64,000 nucleotides of DNA from Candidatus Bathyarchaeota archaeon (lineage in GTDB: Archaea > Thermoproteota > Bathyarchaeia > Bathyarchaeales > Bathycorpusculaceae), in assembly GCA_963733095.1 (NCBI GenBank), contig CAVTBV010000013.1, forward strand, positions 192,001 to 256,000, read 5' to 3'. The position numbers were made by a program, and so were the translations under genes. The notes beneath the pieces were generated by a model. The model did not search any database. It was given only the letters and a program-made list of their open reading frames with translations, and had not been told where the DNA came from. Shown piece by piece: positions 19,770-28,625 of this stretch; within the stretch, counting starts at the first letter, position 1; every line of letters begins with the position of its first letter.

Positions 19770-21126
19770 ATGGGTAAACTGTTTGGAAGCTCAGGCGTCA
19801 GAGGACTGGCAAACGTAGACTTAACACCTAACTTAGCGTGCAAGGTTGCTTCAGCAGTTGTAACTCATGCCAAAGCAAAAAGAGCTGTGGTCGCGCGTGA
19901 TACGCGGGTTTCAGGGGGGCATGCTTGTGGATGCTTTGGTTTCAGGCTTGGTTTCATGTGGAGCCGATGTTTTGGTTTTGGGTATGGTGCCGACGCCTGT
20001 TTTGGCTTATGTGGCTAAAGCGTTGGGTGCTGATGTTGGTTTTATGCTAACGGCTTCCCATAATCCACCCCAGTACAATGGCATCAAAGTGTTCAAAGCC
20101 GATCTATCGTACACCGATGCAGACCAAGATGCTGTTGAAAAAATAGTGGCTGAAGAAACCTTTGCTTTTTCGGATTGGCAAACCCTCGGAAAAGCCTCAT
20201 CCGCAGATGCAAGTCAGATTTATTTGAATATGGTGCAACAAGCAGTTTGCTTACAGAAGCACTGGAAAGTTGTCGTAGATCCAGGATGCGGCGCAGCTTT
20301 CAATGTTGCTCCTCAAATGCTCAAAACCTTAGGTTGCAAGGTAACCGCTTTTAATGCGCAGCCAGACGGTTTTTTCCCAGCAAGAAAATCTGAACCCACC
20401 GCCGAATCCCTACAAGACCTCGCAAAAACAGTGAAAGCCCTCGGCGCCGACATCGGCATAGCCTTTGATGGTGACGCTGACCGAGTCGCATTCGTCGATG
20501 AAAACGGGGTTTTTGTGAATTTTGACCGATCTTTGGCGGCTTATGGTGCTTTGGCTTTGAAGCGAAATGGCGGCGGAACCGTCGTAACCAACGTGGAAGC
20601 ATCGATGTGTGTGGAAACGATGGCAAGAAAATATGGCGGCAAAGTTCTCCGAACCAAAGTAGGCGATATATACGTTTCCGAAGCCATCAAACGAGACGGC
20701 GCGGTTTTCGGCGGAGAACCATGCGGCGCTTGGGTGCACCCTCAACTCCACCTTTGCCCTGATGGGCCACTTTCTGCAGCCCTGTTCTTGGCGGCTTTGG
20801 AAGAAGAAGGCAAAAGCGTTTCTGGGTTCATGGGTGAAGTTCCCGAGTACATTACACTGCGGGAGAACATCGCCTGCAGAAATGAACAAAAATATAAAAT
20901 TGTTGAAAACCTCGAAGTTTCCCTAAAAGCCACGTTCCCAACATACACCGATTTCTCCAAGGTGGATGGCACACGATTAGCCCTAAAGAATGGCTGGCTC
21001 CTTGTTCGAGCATCAGGTACCGAACCTCTCGTCCGCCTAACAGTTGAAGGCGAATCAGTTGATTCGGCAAAAGATATAACCCAAAAGGCAACAGCACTAA
21101 TACACAAACAAACAGAGGCACAATGA
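19770..21126 (+). CDS. glmM: Phosphoglucosamine mutase (+1 frameshift in G6 run at 19914-19919)
   Basis: KLFGSSGVRG, TASHNP, FDGDADR, GGEPCG, RASGTEP; adjacent to glmU. Confidence 0.85.
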
Positions 21127-21127
21127 C

Positions 21128-22408
21128 GTGAAAGCAGTTCTTTTAGCGGCGGGTGCGGGCGAAAGACTCATGCCCATAACAGCAACACGCCCAAAACACC
21201 TAATCAAAGTGGGCGGAAAACCGATTCTGCAGTTCTGTTTAGAAGCCGTTAAAAGAGCAGGAATAACTGAAACGATAATCGTCACCCATTACATGGGTGA
21301 ATCTATCCGCAGTTACTTTGGTGAAGGGAAAAAACTTGGTTTAAAGATCAATTATGTGGAGCAGAAAGAGATTTTGGGCACAGGAAACGCTGCTGAAGTA
21401 GCCGAACCCTATGTTGATGACGATTTCGTTTTGATTTATGGCGACTTACTTTTCGGTCAAGACGCAGTTAAAGACGTGTTAGCACAATTTAAGAAGAGAA
21501 AAACAGCCGCGGCCATGGCAGTAGTCCCAGTTGACCGACCAGAAAACTATGGCATAATCGAGCAAGACTCAGAAGGCAAAGTCAAACGCCTAGTTGAGAA
21601 ACCTTCGCCTGGAAAAGCACCTTCCAACCTGGCAAATGCAGGAATTTACGCTTTCTCAAAAGATGTCTTCAACAAAATCAAGCAGACCAAAGCCTCAGTC
21701 CGTGGAGAATGGGAACTCACCGACTCAATAACAATGCTCGCGGAGGAGGGCAAGACGGTTTTGGCAGCTCAGCTCTCGAAGGACGATTGGTTTGATGTGG
21801 GCAGGCCTTGGGATTTGCTTGATGCTAACAACTGGGCACTTAAACGTATGGATCACAAAGTTTTGGGCACAGTGGAGCAAGGTGCACACTTGATTGGTCC
21901 AGTTACTGTTTCAGAATCAGCTAGGGTCCGTTCCGGTGCTTACATCGAAGGACCTGTGTTCATCGACGAAGATGCCGATGTTGGTCCCAACTGCTATATT
22001 CGCTCTGGTACGAGTCTTGGTCAAAAAGTCCGCGTCGGAAACGCTTGCGAAATCAAAAACAGTATATTCATGGATGGCGCTCATGCGGGACATCTGTCTT
22101 ATGTTGGTGATAGCATCTTGGGTGAAAAATGTAACTTGGGCGCAGGGACGGTTATGGCTAACTTACGGTTTGATGATGGAAGGATCAAGATGACGGTTAA
22201 GGGCAGGGTTGTGGATACGGGAAGGCGGAAACTCGGTGCGGTTCTCGGGGACAACGTTAAGACGGGGGTTAAGTCATTGTTTATGCCCGGAGTGAAGGTT
22301 GGTGTTAACAGCTGGGTTGGGGCTAACTTTATGGTTGAACGAGACTTGCCAGCGGACTCAATTGCGTTGCTAAAGCAGAACAGCGAATTGAAGCAAAAAC
22401 AAAACTAA
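21128..22408 (+). CDS. glmU: Bifunctional sugar-1-phosphate nucleotidyltransferase/acetyltransferase (archaeal GlmU)
   Basis: LAAGAGERL..RPK, RGEWELTD, C-terminal hexapeptide repeats. Confidence 0.88.
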   Translation: MKAVLLAAGAGERLMPITATRPKHLIKVGGKPILQFCLEAVKRAGITETIIVTHYMGESIRSYFGEGKKLGLKINYVEQKEILGTGNAAEVAEPYVDDDFVLIYGDLLFGQDAVKDVLAQFKKRKTAAAMAVVPVDRPENYGIIEQDSEGKVKRLVEKPSPGKAPSNLANAGIYAFSKDVFNKIKQTKASVRGEWELTDSITMLAEEGKTVLAAQLSKDDWFDVGRPWDLLDANNWALKRMDHKVLGTVEQGAHLIGPVTVSESARVRSGAYIEGPVFIDEDADVGPNCYIRSGTSLGQKVRVGNACEIKNSIFMDGAHAGHLSYVGDSILGEKCNLGAGTVMANLRFDDGRIKMTVKGRVVDTGRRKLGAVLGDNVKTGVKSLFMPGVKVGVNSWVGANFMVERDLPADSIALLKQNSELKQKQN

Positions 22409-22511
22409 TTGTCTTTTGGGGTTTGTGCATTTCTGTTGTACTCGTAACTGTTGTATATTTAGTCTCAATAAACAATAAGTGGGGTTAAACCATGACCAAG
22501 AAGGTAATCCC

Positions 22512-23750
22512 TTGGAGACCTATAACCACCAAAAAAAGACATTCATACTATTAGTGATGCTATTAATAACGAGCTTATTCTTGGTCTTTCAAGTTAACCT
22601 TCCAAACAACCACGTTATAGCTTCGGGCGATATGGGCACACAAGTAGACGGAACAATAACCAGCGACACGACATGGAAAGCCGCAGACAGCCCCTACATT
22701 ATAACAAGTACAATAATAATCCCTGAAGACGTCAACCTGACAATCGAGCCAGGCGTAACAGTCACCGCTGAGTCCTCAGTAACCACAATGTTCCTAATCA
22801 ACGGAGCCATCACCGCCCACGGCAACCCAACAAATAAAATAACTTTTGATGGAAATGGCAACGCAACCTTCTTTAAAACAAACCACCTTGTATCTGAAGG
22901 ATTCGTAGACTTGGACTACTGCATCATAAAGAATGGGCAGAGTGCTTTTTGGTTCGACAACACTGGCTCTTTTAACCTGACCAACTCAGATTTAAGTGAC
23001 CTATCACAAGAATCCTATTTATGGTACCCATCTCAAGATACATACATTGAATTTAATACTTTCACGAATACTTCCGGCCTAAAAATAGCAACAGGTGATT
23101 ATTCTTCAAATTCTTCCGGAGTAGTTTATGTAAAATACAACCTTTTCATCAACAACCAAGGATACATAATTGACAACTTTGCAAGCTACGGATTAAGCAA
23201 AGCATACGTGAACAATAATTCTTTCATTGACACTTCTGGAATAATCTTAGAAGTAGAAAAAACTATGACCACGGCAGATATGGATGCTTCCCAAAACTAC
23301 TGGGGAACTACCGACACATCCGTTATTGATTCGATGATTTATGACAAAAATGATGATGCTTCTTGTTCAAGTTACATCAACTACTTACCATTGCTCGATA
23401 CACCTGACCCAGAAGTCCCGGTTGCGCCAACGCCTACACCATCTCCTACGCCAATTTCCACAAGCACACCTGAACCTACGCCTAACAATAGCCCCGACCC
23501 ATCCTCAAATCCATCAACTCCCAGCCCAACACCAACGACTACACCTACTACATCGCCTAATTCCCTAACTTCAGATCCATCATCCAACCCAACCACCAAT
23601 CCCAGCACAGCAGCCTACCAAGGCACAAATCCATCAGCCACACCCACTATTCCCGAGTTTTCGCCCATAGCAGTATTGTTGATTTTGATTGTTGCTGGGT
23701 CGGCAATTGGAATAACATTGCGCAAAAAGATCGCTAAATTTTCTCTTTAA
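22512..23750 (+). CDS. Secreted surface protein: beta-helix-like domain, P/T/S linker, PEF-CTERM-like tail
   Basis: Signal peptide, TTW..ADSPY, NYWG, IPEFS followed by TM and basic RKK. Confidence 0.8.
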   Translation: METYNHQKKTFILLVMLLITSLFLVFQVNLPNNHVIASGDMGTQVDGTITSDTTWKAADSPYIITSTIIIPEDVNLTIEPGVTVTAESSVTTMFLINGAITAHGNPTNKITFDGNGNATFFKTNHLVSEGFVDLDYCIIKNGQSAFWFDNTGSFNLTNSDLSDLSQESYLWYPSQDTYIEFNTFTNTSGLKIATGDYSSNSSGVVYVKYNLFINNQGYIIDNFASYGLSKAYVNNNSFIDTSGIILEVEKTMTTADMDASQNYWGTTDTSVIDSMIYDKNDDASCSSYINYLPLLDTPDPEVPVAPTPTPSPTPISTSTPEPTPNNSPDPSSNPSTPSPTPTTTPTTSPNSLTSDPSSNPTTNPSTAAYQGTNPSATPTIPEFSPIAVLLILIVAGSAIGITLRKKIAKFSL

Positions 23751-23785
23751 ACAGCAGGAATTAAGTTATCCACATGTATTAGTGC

Positions 23786-24380
23786 CTAAGCTAAGTAGGG
23801 AATTTATGCGCTTTGTTCGTTTCATGTATTCAATGTAACTGTTGCCCAATTCGTTTATGAGGACTTTTTCTTCGACAAATATCCTTAACCATAGACTAAG
23901 ACAAAGATTGCAACTTCTACAAGTGCTGCTGCCCAAGACTGAACTGCCAACCCCATCCCAAAGATAAAAACCAGAACACCCGGTGTACGACGGATGCCTT
24001 ATTAATCGGTAGGGTCCCGACTACACGACTTTATGTTCTGCTTGAACCCCTATTATGCCGGAGAAGCATCTGCCAAGCACAGCGATTGCCCATTGCCTAA
24101 CCCCAATTCCCATAACCTTGGCTGCGATGCCAATATAGTCCATCCAGTCAGGTAACAGAGCAAAACCTGCCTTGGCAAAGACTACAGGGAAAGCTAAAAC
24201 TGCGATCCAAGAAATGAATACAATTGTGTTTGAGCCTATATTTCTCCGTTGCACCCTCGCACCGCTTCGTTTTATCCATGGAATAATGACTCCTCCAATT
24301 TATTCGCACACAAAAAAAGCGACCAAAGTAATCACAAACCCTGCAGCAGTATAGTCTGAAGTGAAGATGATTGAAGGCAT
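23786..24380 (-). pseudogene. Isoprenylcysteine carboxylmethyltransferase family pseudogene
   Basis: HKVV*SGPYRLIRHPSYTG and RIFVEEK..LG..Y.EYMKRT motifs; in-frame TAA and TAG plus frameshifts. Confidence 0.8.
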
Positions 24381-24674
24381 GTTATCAAATGTATGACAAG
24401 AAACCAGACCTTTATTAATATCTACTAAAATTCCGCGTTCAAAAGCCTAAAATGTTCGAGAAAACAACGAAAAAGACCTAAATTCCGTACCCAGAGGTCG
24501 AAGGGAGCGTCTAATCGCCCTCTTTTTTGGTTCCATTTAAATCAAAGATAAATAGCCAATTCCACCGATTGAGCTAATGCTTGTTTTCATCTTTCATTAC
24601 CACTTAACTCTATGAAGGTATTCCCTCAAGAACTCCGATTGCAGTTAAGAAATAGAAAAATCCTCAATGTTGGT

Positions 24675-24743
24675 ACACCTCAGGTAGCGAGTATTCCTCC
24701 CTATAGGGTACCCCCCCTTGCACCCAAGGACTCTGTTTTTGCA
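24675..24743. repeat. Palindromic repeat copy 1 (left arm truncated)
   Basis: ACACCTCAGGTAGCGAGTA...CCCTATAGGG...AAGGACTCTGTTTTTGCA. Confidence 0.85.
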
Positions 24744-24856
24744 CCTTAAGAACGCTTCAAAAGAAATATGGACCGTTGAAAGCTTATTTCTAGTTTGCGA
24801 CATGAACTTCAAAGTTTAAAAGAAAGCCCGCTTTTCTACTAATAGGTGATTTTAAT

Positions 24857-25174
24857 TTGGTTTTAATCAGGAAAGCTACTTTCCATTTTAAAAAAGGAAA
24901 ACGTGAAGAGGGTTTCGCAGAGTTAGACCTAATACTTAACAAAGAGGCGCGAAATGCAAAAGGTTTCCGAGGTTTTGTTTCAATGCTCTCAAAAGATTCA
25001 GAAAATGAAGCATTAATCATGACGTTTTGGGAAGATGAATTGGCACTCACCATGTCAGAAGGTCAAATTCTATCACCTGCGATTAGGAAGGTCTTGAATA
25101 CATTAGAAAAAGAACCTAATGTGGAACATTTCAAGCTATACTCAACAGAAATGTATACACGAAGAGCACCCTGA
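24857..25174 (+). CDS. Antibiotic biosynthesis monooxygenase (ABM)-like protein
   Basis: K.GKREE, KGF.G, TFWE pattern; SD AGGTGA. Confidence 0.75.
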   Translation: MVLIRKATFHFKKGKREEGFAELDLILNKEARNAKGFRGFVSMLSKDSENEALIMTFWEDELALTMSEGQILSPAIRKVLNTLEKEPNVEHFKLYSTEMYTRRAP

Positions 25175-25249
25175 AAAAACTTGTTTCCCACCCCAACTAA
25201 GAATAGTGTTCTAGGAAAATAGTTGCATTCACCTTCAGACGAGTTTAAA

Positions 25250-25320
25250 GCAAAAACACCTCAGGTAGCGAGTACATCTCCCTGAAAATACCCCTCTCCC
25301 AAGCAAGAAGTCTGTCTTGC
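25250..25320. repeat. Palindromic repeat copy 2 (71 bp)
   Basis: GCAAAAACACCTCAGGTAGCGAGTAC...CAAGCAAG..TCTGTCTTGC. Confidence 0.85.
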
Positions 25321-25369
25321 AATAAACAAGATATTTAAGATGAAATTTGCTATTAGGCGATTGTTAACC

Positions 25370-25921
25370 TTAGTTTAGTTCGTTTATGTTTGTGTCTTTA
25401 AGGCTAAATTCTATATGGTAAGTTTGATCTTCGAAAGCTGTAGTATAGACAATTCTAAGGGGCCACAAAATAACTTTGTCAATGTAGTAGGTTGCGTTTA
25501 TTGCTTGGTTGGTGTAATCGTAGGCTATGCACTCTCGGGTTCCAATGCTTCTCAAGGTTATTTTCGTGTTGTAGGTTCCTGCAAGAGTTTCACCTTTAGG
25601 CTGAAAGGTAATGTTTGTTTTATTGACCCATAAAGTAGTTTGGTCGGTTAATGTTGGCGCAAAAGATGTGACAATTGATGAGTTAGTTTGGATTTGCACA
25701 TGGGTGGCGTTTAAGTCAGTAACTTGCATTGTTTCATTTATGCTAACTGGTATTGAAAGGGCGTCTATTTGGCCTTCGTAATTCGCGTAAGCCCCTTTAA
25801 ACATCCAAGACTCAGCCATATTTTGCTGGATACTATCTATAAATTGGCATCCGATAATCAAAACTAATGATGAAATGGCTAAAACAATAATGAACCCGAC
25901 AATTATCCAACTCTTTCCCAT
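25370..25921 (-). CDS. Membrane-anchored/secreted hypothetical protein
   Basis: N-terminal TM, WMFKGAYANY, ends LKDTNI. Confidence 0.75.
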   Translation of the reverse strand: MGKSWIIVGFIIVLAISSLVLIIGCQFIDSIQQNMAESWMFKGAYANYEGQIDALSIPVSINETMQVTDLNATHVQIQTNSSIVTSFAPTLTDQTTLWVNKTNITFQPKGETLAGTYNTKITLRSIGTRECIAYDYTNQAINATYYIDKVILWPLRIVYTTAFEDQTYHIEFSLKDTNINELN

Positions 25922-26076
25922 GCTTAGCTACAGAATGTATTGCGATAAAAGGATTATTATTTTTGATGATTTTCAGCTGTTAATTTATTGTAACAGACCT
26001 TTTAAAAGGAATTACTGGAATTACCCTATGTCTGCACAAGAGTAATCAGAAAGCACTAAAGACAAGCTTTAATCTG

Positions 26077-26280
26077 CTACCGCTGTTGTTTCCTTAGCAA
26101 ACCTCTATACCTTGCAGAACACCGCAAACATCTTTTCTGGTCAGCTGGGATTTTACTCCATTCAGGAGTTTTAGAACGCGCCTTAAGTGCTCTCTTGCAA
26201 TCACAACAATAATACTTTACTGCTTTTTCTCTAATCCCAAAAACCTGCAAGTATACATCTCCATGCGAATATTTTTCAAT
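26077..26280 (-). CDS. Small basic zinc-ribbon protein (not in the ORF track)
   Basis: IEKYSHGDVY...YYCCDCKR...KRCLRCSARYRG..., 67 codons; ATT after AAGGTAG, or internal TTG. Confidence 0.55.
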   Translation of the reverse strand: MEKYSHGDVYLQVFGIREKAVKYYCCDCKRALKARSKTPEWSKIPADQKRCLRCSARYRGLLRKQQR

Positions 26281-26311
26281 TTAGCTACCTTATTTATTAA
26301 TAATTGTCGGG

Positions 26312-26382
26312 GCAAAAACACCTCAGGTAGCGAGTACGCCTCCCTTTAGGGCACTCTCGTTTCAAGCAAGGACTGTTTTTGC
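26312..26382. repeat. Palindromic repeat copy 3 (71 bp, best preserved)
   Basis: GCAAAAACA CCT CAGGTAGCGAGTACGCCTCCCTTTAGGGCACTCTCG...AGG AC TGTTTTTGC; perfect 9-bp terminal inverted repeat. Confidence 0.9.
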
Positions 26383-26401
26383 AAAACCATAGAATAATAT
26401 G

Positions 26402-26848
26402 TTATGAATCCGTCTTTTTGGAAGTTGGCAGTTTAAGAACATGTACACTTACACCCACTGCAACAGCTAGCATTGCAATCTGAATTGGGAAAACAAGATT
26501 TGAAGGCAAAAGACGTCCTAGGAAGAATACCATTGAGGTGCCGATTGTAATCCACAGAACTGATAGAGTTGTTATCTTTGTTTTAAGTCCTAACCCTTTG
26601 CTTTCTTTGTAGTTTCTTATATAGCTTCCAAACCATCGATTGTTCAGTAACCAAGAATACATTCTATCAGAGCTTTTGCAGAAACAAGCAGCAGTAGCCA
26701 GAAGAAAAGGCGTAGTCGGCAATATCGGCAACACTATACCTAAAACCCCAAAACTCAAACAAATCAAACCAGCAACCAACCATAAACCTCTGACAAGCTT
26801 ATGCTTATTCCTCTTTGATTGCATAGTCTGGATTAAACCACTGTTCAT
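26402..26848 (-). CDS. YbaN/DUF454 family membrane protein
   Basis: GVLGIVLPILPTTPFLL, WLLNNRWFG.YI. Confidence 0.9.
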   Translation of the reverse strand: MNSGLIQTMQSKRNKHKLVRGLWLVAGLICLSFGVLGIVLPILPTTPFLLATAACFCKSSDRMYSWLLNNRWFGSYIRNYKESKGLGLKTKITTLSVLWITIGTSMVFFLGRLLPSNLVFPIQIAMLAVAVGVSVHVLKLPTSKKTDS

Positions 26849-26869
26849 AAATAAAAATGATGATGTGCC

Positions 26870-26913
26870 GACAAAAAGATTCTCCTCTCACACCTAAGGA
26901 CTCTGTTTTTGCA
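26870..26913. repeat. Palindromic repeat copy 4 (internally deleted)
   Basis: Right arm AAGGACTCTGTTTTTGCA identical to copy 1; degenerate left arm ACAAAAAGA. Confidence 0.7.
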
Positions 26914-27036
26914 TTACAAGCTGTTATCGCAAAATTAAGAAAGTAGCATCGCCCCGATACTTGTAGAGAATTGTTGGAAGCGAGCAACCACAAGGGTTGC
27001 CGCCGACTGATTATCTAAATCCCATTTCATAAATAG

Positions 27037-27591
27037 CTAAAACAAATGCTCAATTAAAATCCGTAACCCAATCAAAATCAATATTATGCCGCCTAGAATT
27101 TTTACGCGACTGCCAAAAAGCTTACCTATAGTGCAACCGAAAAAGAAGCCAATAATCGTGAGCCCAAAAGTTATACCCCCGATTATGAGTATAGGTTTAA
27201 GAATAGATGTTTGAAGAAAAGCAAAACTCAAACCAACCATGAGAGCATCGATACTCGTTGCAACAGCCAAAGTCAAAACAGAACTTAGTTTTACGGTTTC
27301 CTCTTGTTTTCCGTTATCTTTCTTTGCAGCGTCATAAATCATTTTAGTGCCAATGAGAGTTAGAAGCCCAAACGCAATCCAATGGTCAACGCCCATTATA
27401 ATATCTTTCAATCTAAGACCAGCAAACCAACCTATCACGGGCATTAACATCTGAAAGCCGCCAAAGAAAGATGCAAGTATTAGTGCAGTTTTTCGCCTGC
27501 TATAGGTTACAGTAATTCCCTTCGCTATAGAAACTGCAAAGGCATCCATAGCTAACCCGACTGCAATAAGGACAATAGTGAGTAAATCCAT
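27037..27591 (-). CDS. mntP: Manganese efflux pump MntP family
   Basis: GLAMDAFAVS, DHWIAF, ATSIDAL. Confidence 0.92.
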   Translation of the reverse strand: MDLLTIVLIAVGLAMDAFAVSIAKGITVTYSRRKTALILASFFGGFQMLMPVIGWFAGLRLKDIIMGVDHWIAFGLLTLIGTKMIYDAAKKDNGKQEETVKLSSVLTLAVATSIDALMVGLSFAFLQTSILKPILIIGGITFGLTIIGFFFGCTIGKLFGSRVKILGGIILILIGLRILIEHLF

Positions 27592-28062
27592 TAATCTGCC
27601 ACTTTTTAACTTGAGCCGCTATTTAGATTATAAGAAAAATAAAGGTATTGTGCTCGGTAGGTAAATATTTTTTCGCATATGCCAAGGGCCTTTCATTCTA
27701 AAAACTTATTACTAAAACCATACAATAGTTGATATCAGTAATTTAGTCCCAGAAAAATTACTTTGCCCTAAGGCGGGAACTTTGAATAGCTAACTTAGCC
27801 AACCGACAAATCACAAACATAGCCTTACCTTTTCACCATTGTCTGCATTAATTTAAATCAACTTTCAAAAGTCCAACAGCATTATTAAGGTTTTGTAGAC
27901 TTGGCTCCAACAAGAGAATTGAGACATTTTTGCCGATTTCAAATGAAAAGACACCCAAAACTAATTGATCATAGTAATAGTTGATGTGTCCTTTTCCCTG
28001 AATTTACCGTTAGGAAGTTATCCATAACTAAAAGGGTGGATTAAAAATTAATTTAAAAAAAT

Positions 28063-28275
28063 CTATGGCTTTGAAACAGTCAAGTAGTTGTGGGTCATTT
28101 TGCATGACAGTGCTCTTTTTCTTACAAATTGTGCAATTGCGAAACGGTCATAATCGCCTCTAATCTGCAATTGATATCCTTCTGGTTCATTGTGTTCAAT
28201 AAGAACTAATCGGGGATTGACAAGATTGTTAGATCCTAATTCATTTAATAAAACTGTTGCCTCTTCCTTTTTCAT
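28063..28275 (-). CDS. Small hypothetical protein, paralog of 32101-32319
   Basis: MKKEEATVLLNEL.SNNLV...KP; ATG at 28275. Confidence 0.7.
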   Translation of the reverse strand: MKKEEATVLLNELGSNNLVNPRLVLIEHNEPEGYQLQIRGDYDRFAIAQFVRKRALSCKMTHNYLTVSKP

Positions 28276-28625
28276 GTGCTTTTCCACCACGTCGACTATG
28301 CGCCGTACAAGATTAAGATTATGCGGTTGAATCAAAAAAACTAACGAATTGATTCTCAACTCGAATTGGAGGAAAAAAATTCACAGTGAAGTTAAATGTC
28401 CATCGTTCAGTTGGATTGAATGAGTTGGTTATTTGTGATGGCAGCCGTTTTGGCAAACTAATCCGAACAATAAAGGAAAAATGGAAAGTACCGAGAAATT
28501 GTAAAGCTAAACTGGAGACTTAAAATCCCTTGAGCTTTTTGTACACATTTTGTAAAGGTTGAAATGTTTTTTCAGTGTAGCTTTTAAGCATGTTCCGTTA
28601 ACTAACATTGGAGAAGGTTTACAGT

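Noticed and set aside
19914-19919. Programmed frameshift or phase variation in glmM (also tgtA and the PHP gene)
   Set aside because: All shifts are +1 single-base gains in housekeeping genes, so insertion-type sequencing error is simpler
24021-24023. In-frame TAG as pyrrolysine or stop-codon recoding
   Set aside because: The same gene also has an in-frame TAA and frameshifts, and TAG ends many intact genes in the window
24675-26913. Repeats as a CRISPR array
   Set aside because: Units are ~71 bp and are separated by 0.5-1 kb gene-containing intervals; no cas genes in the window
27592-27720. yybP-ykoY manganese riboswitch upstream of mntP
   Set aside because: The upstream region is AT-rich with no recognisable GGGGAGUA-type core, and the palindromic repeats lie downstream of mntP
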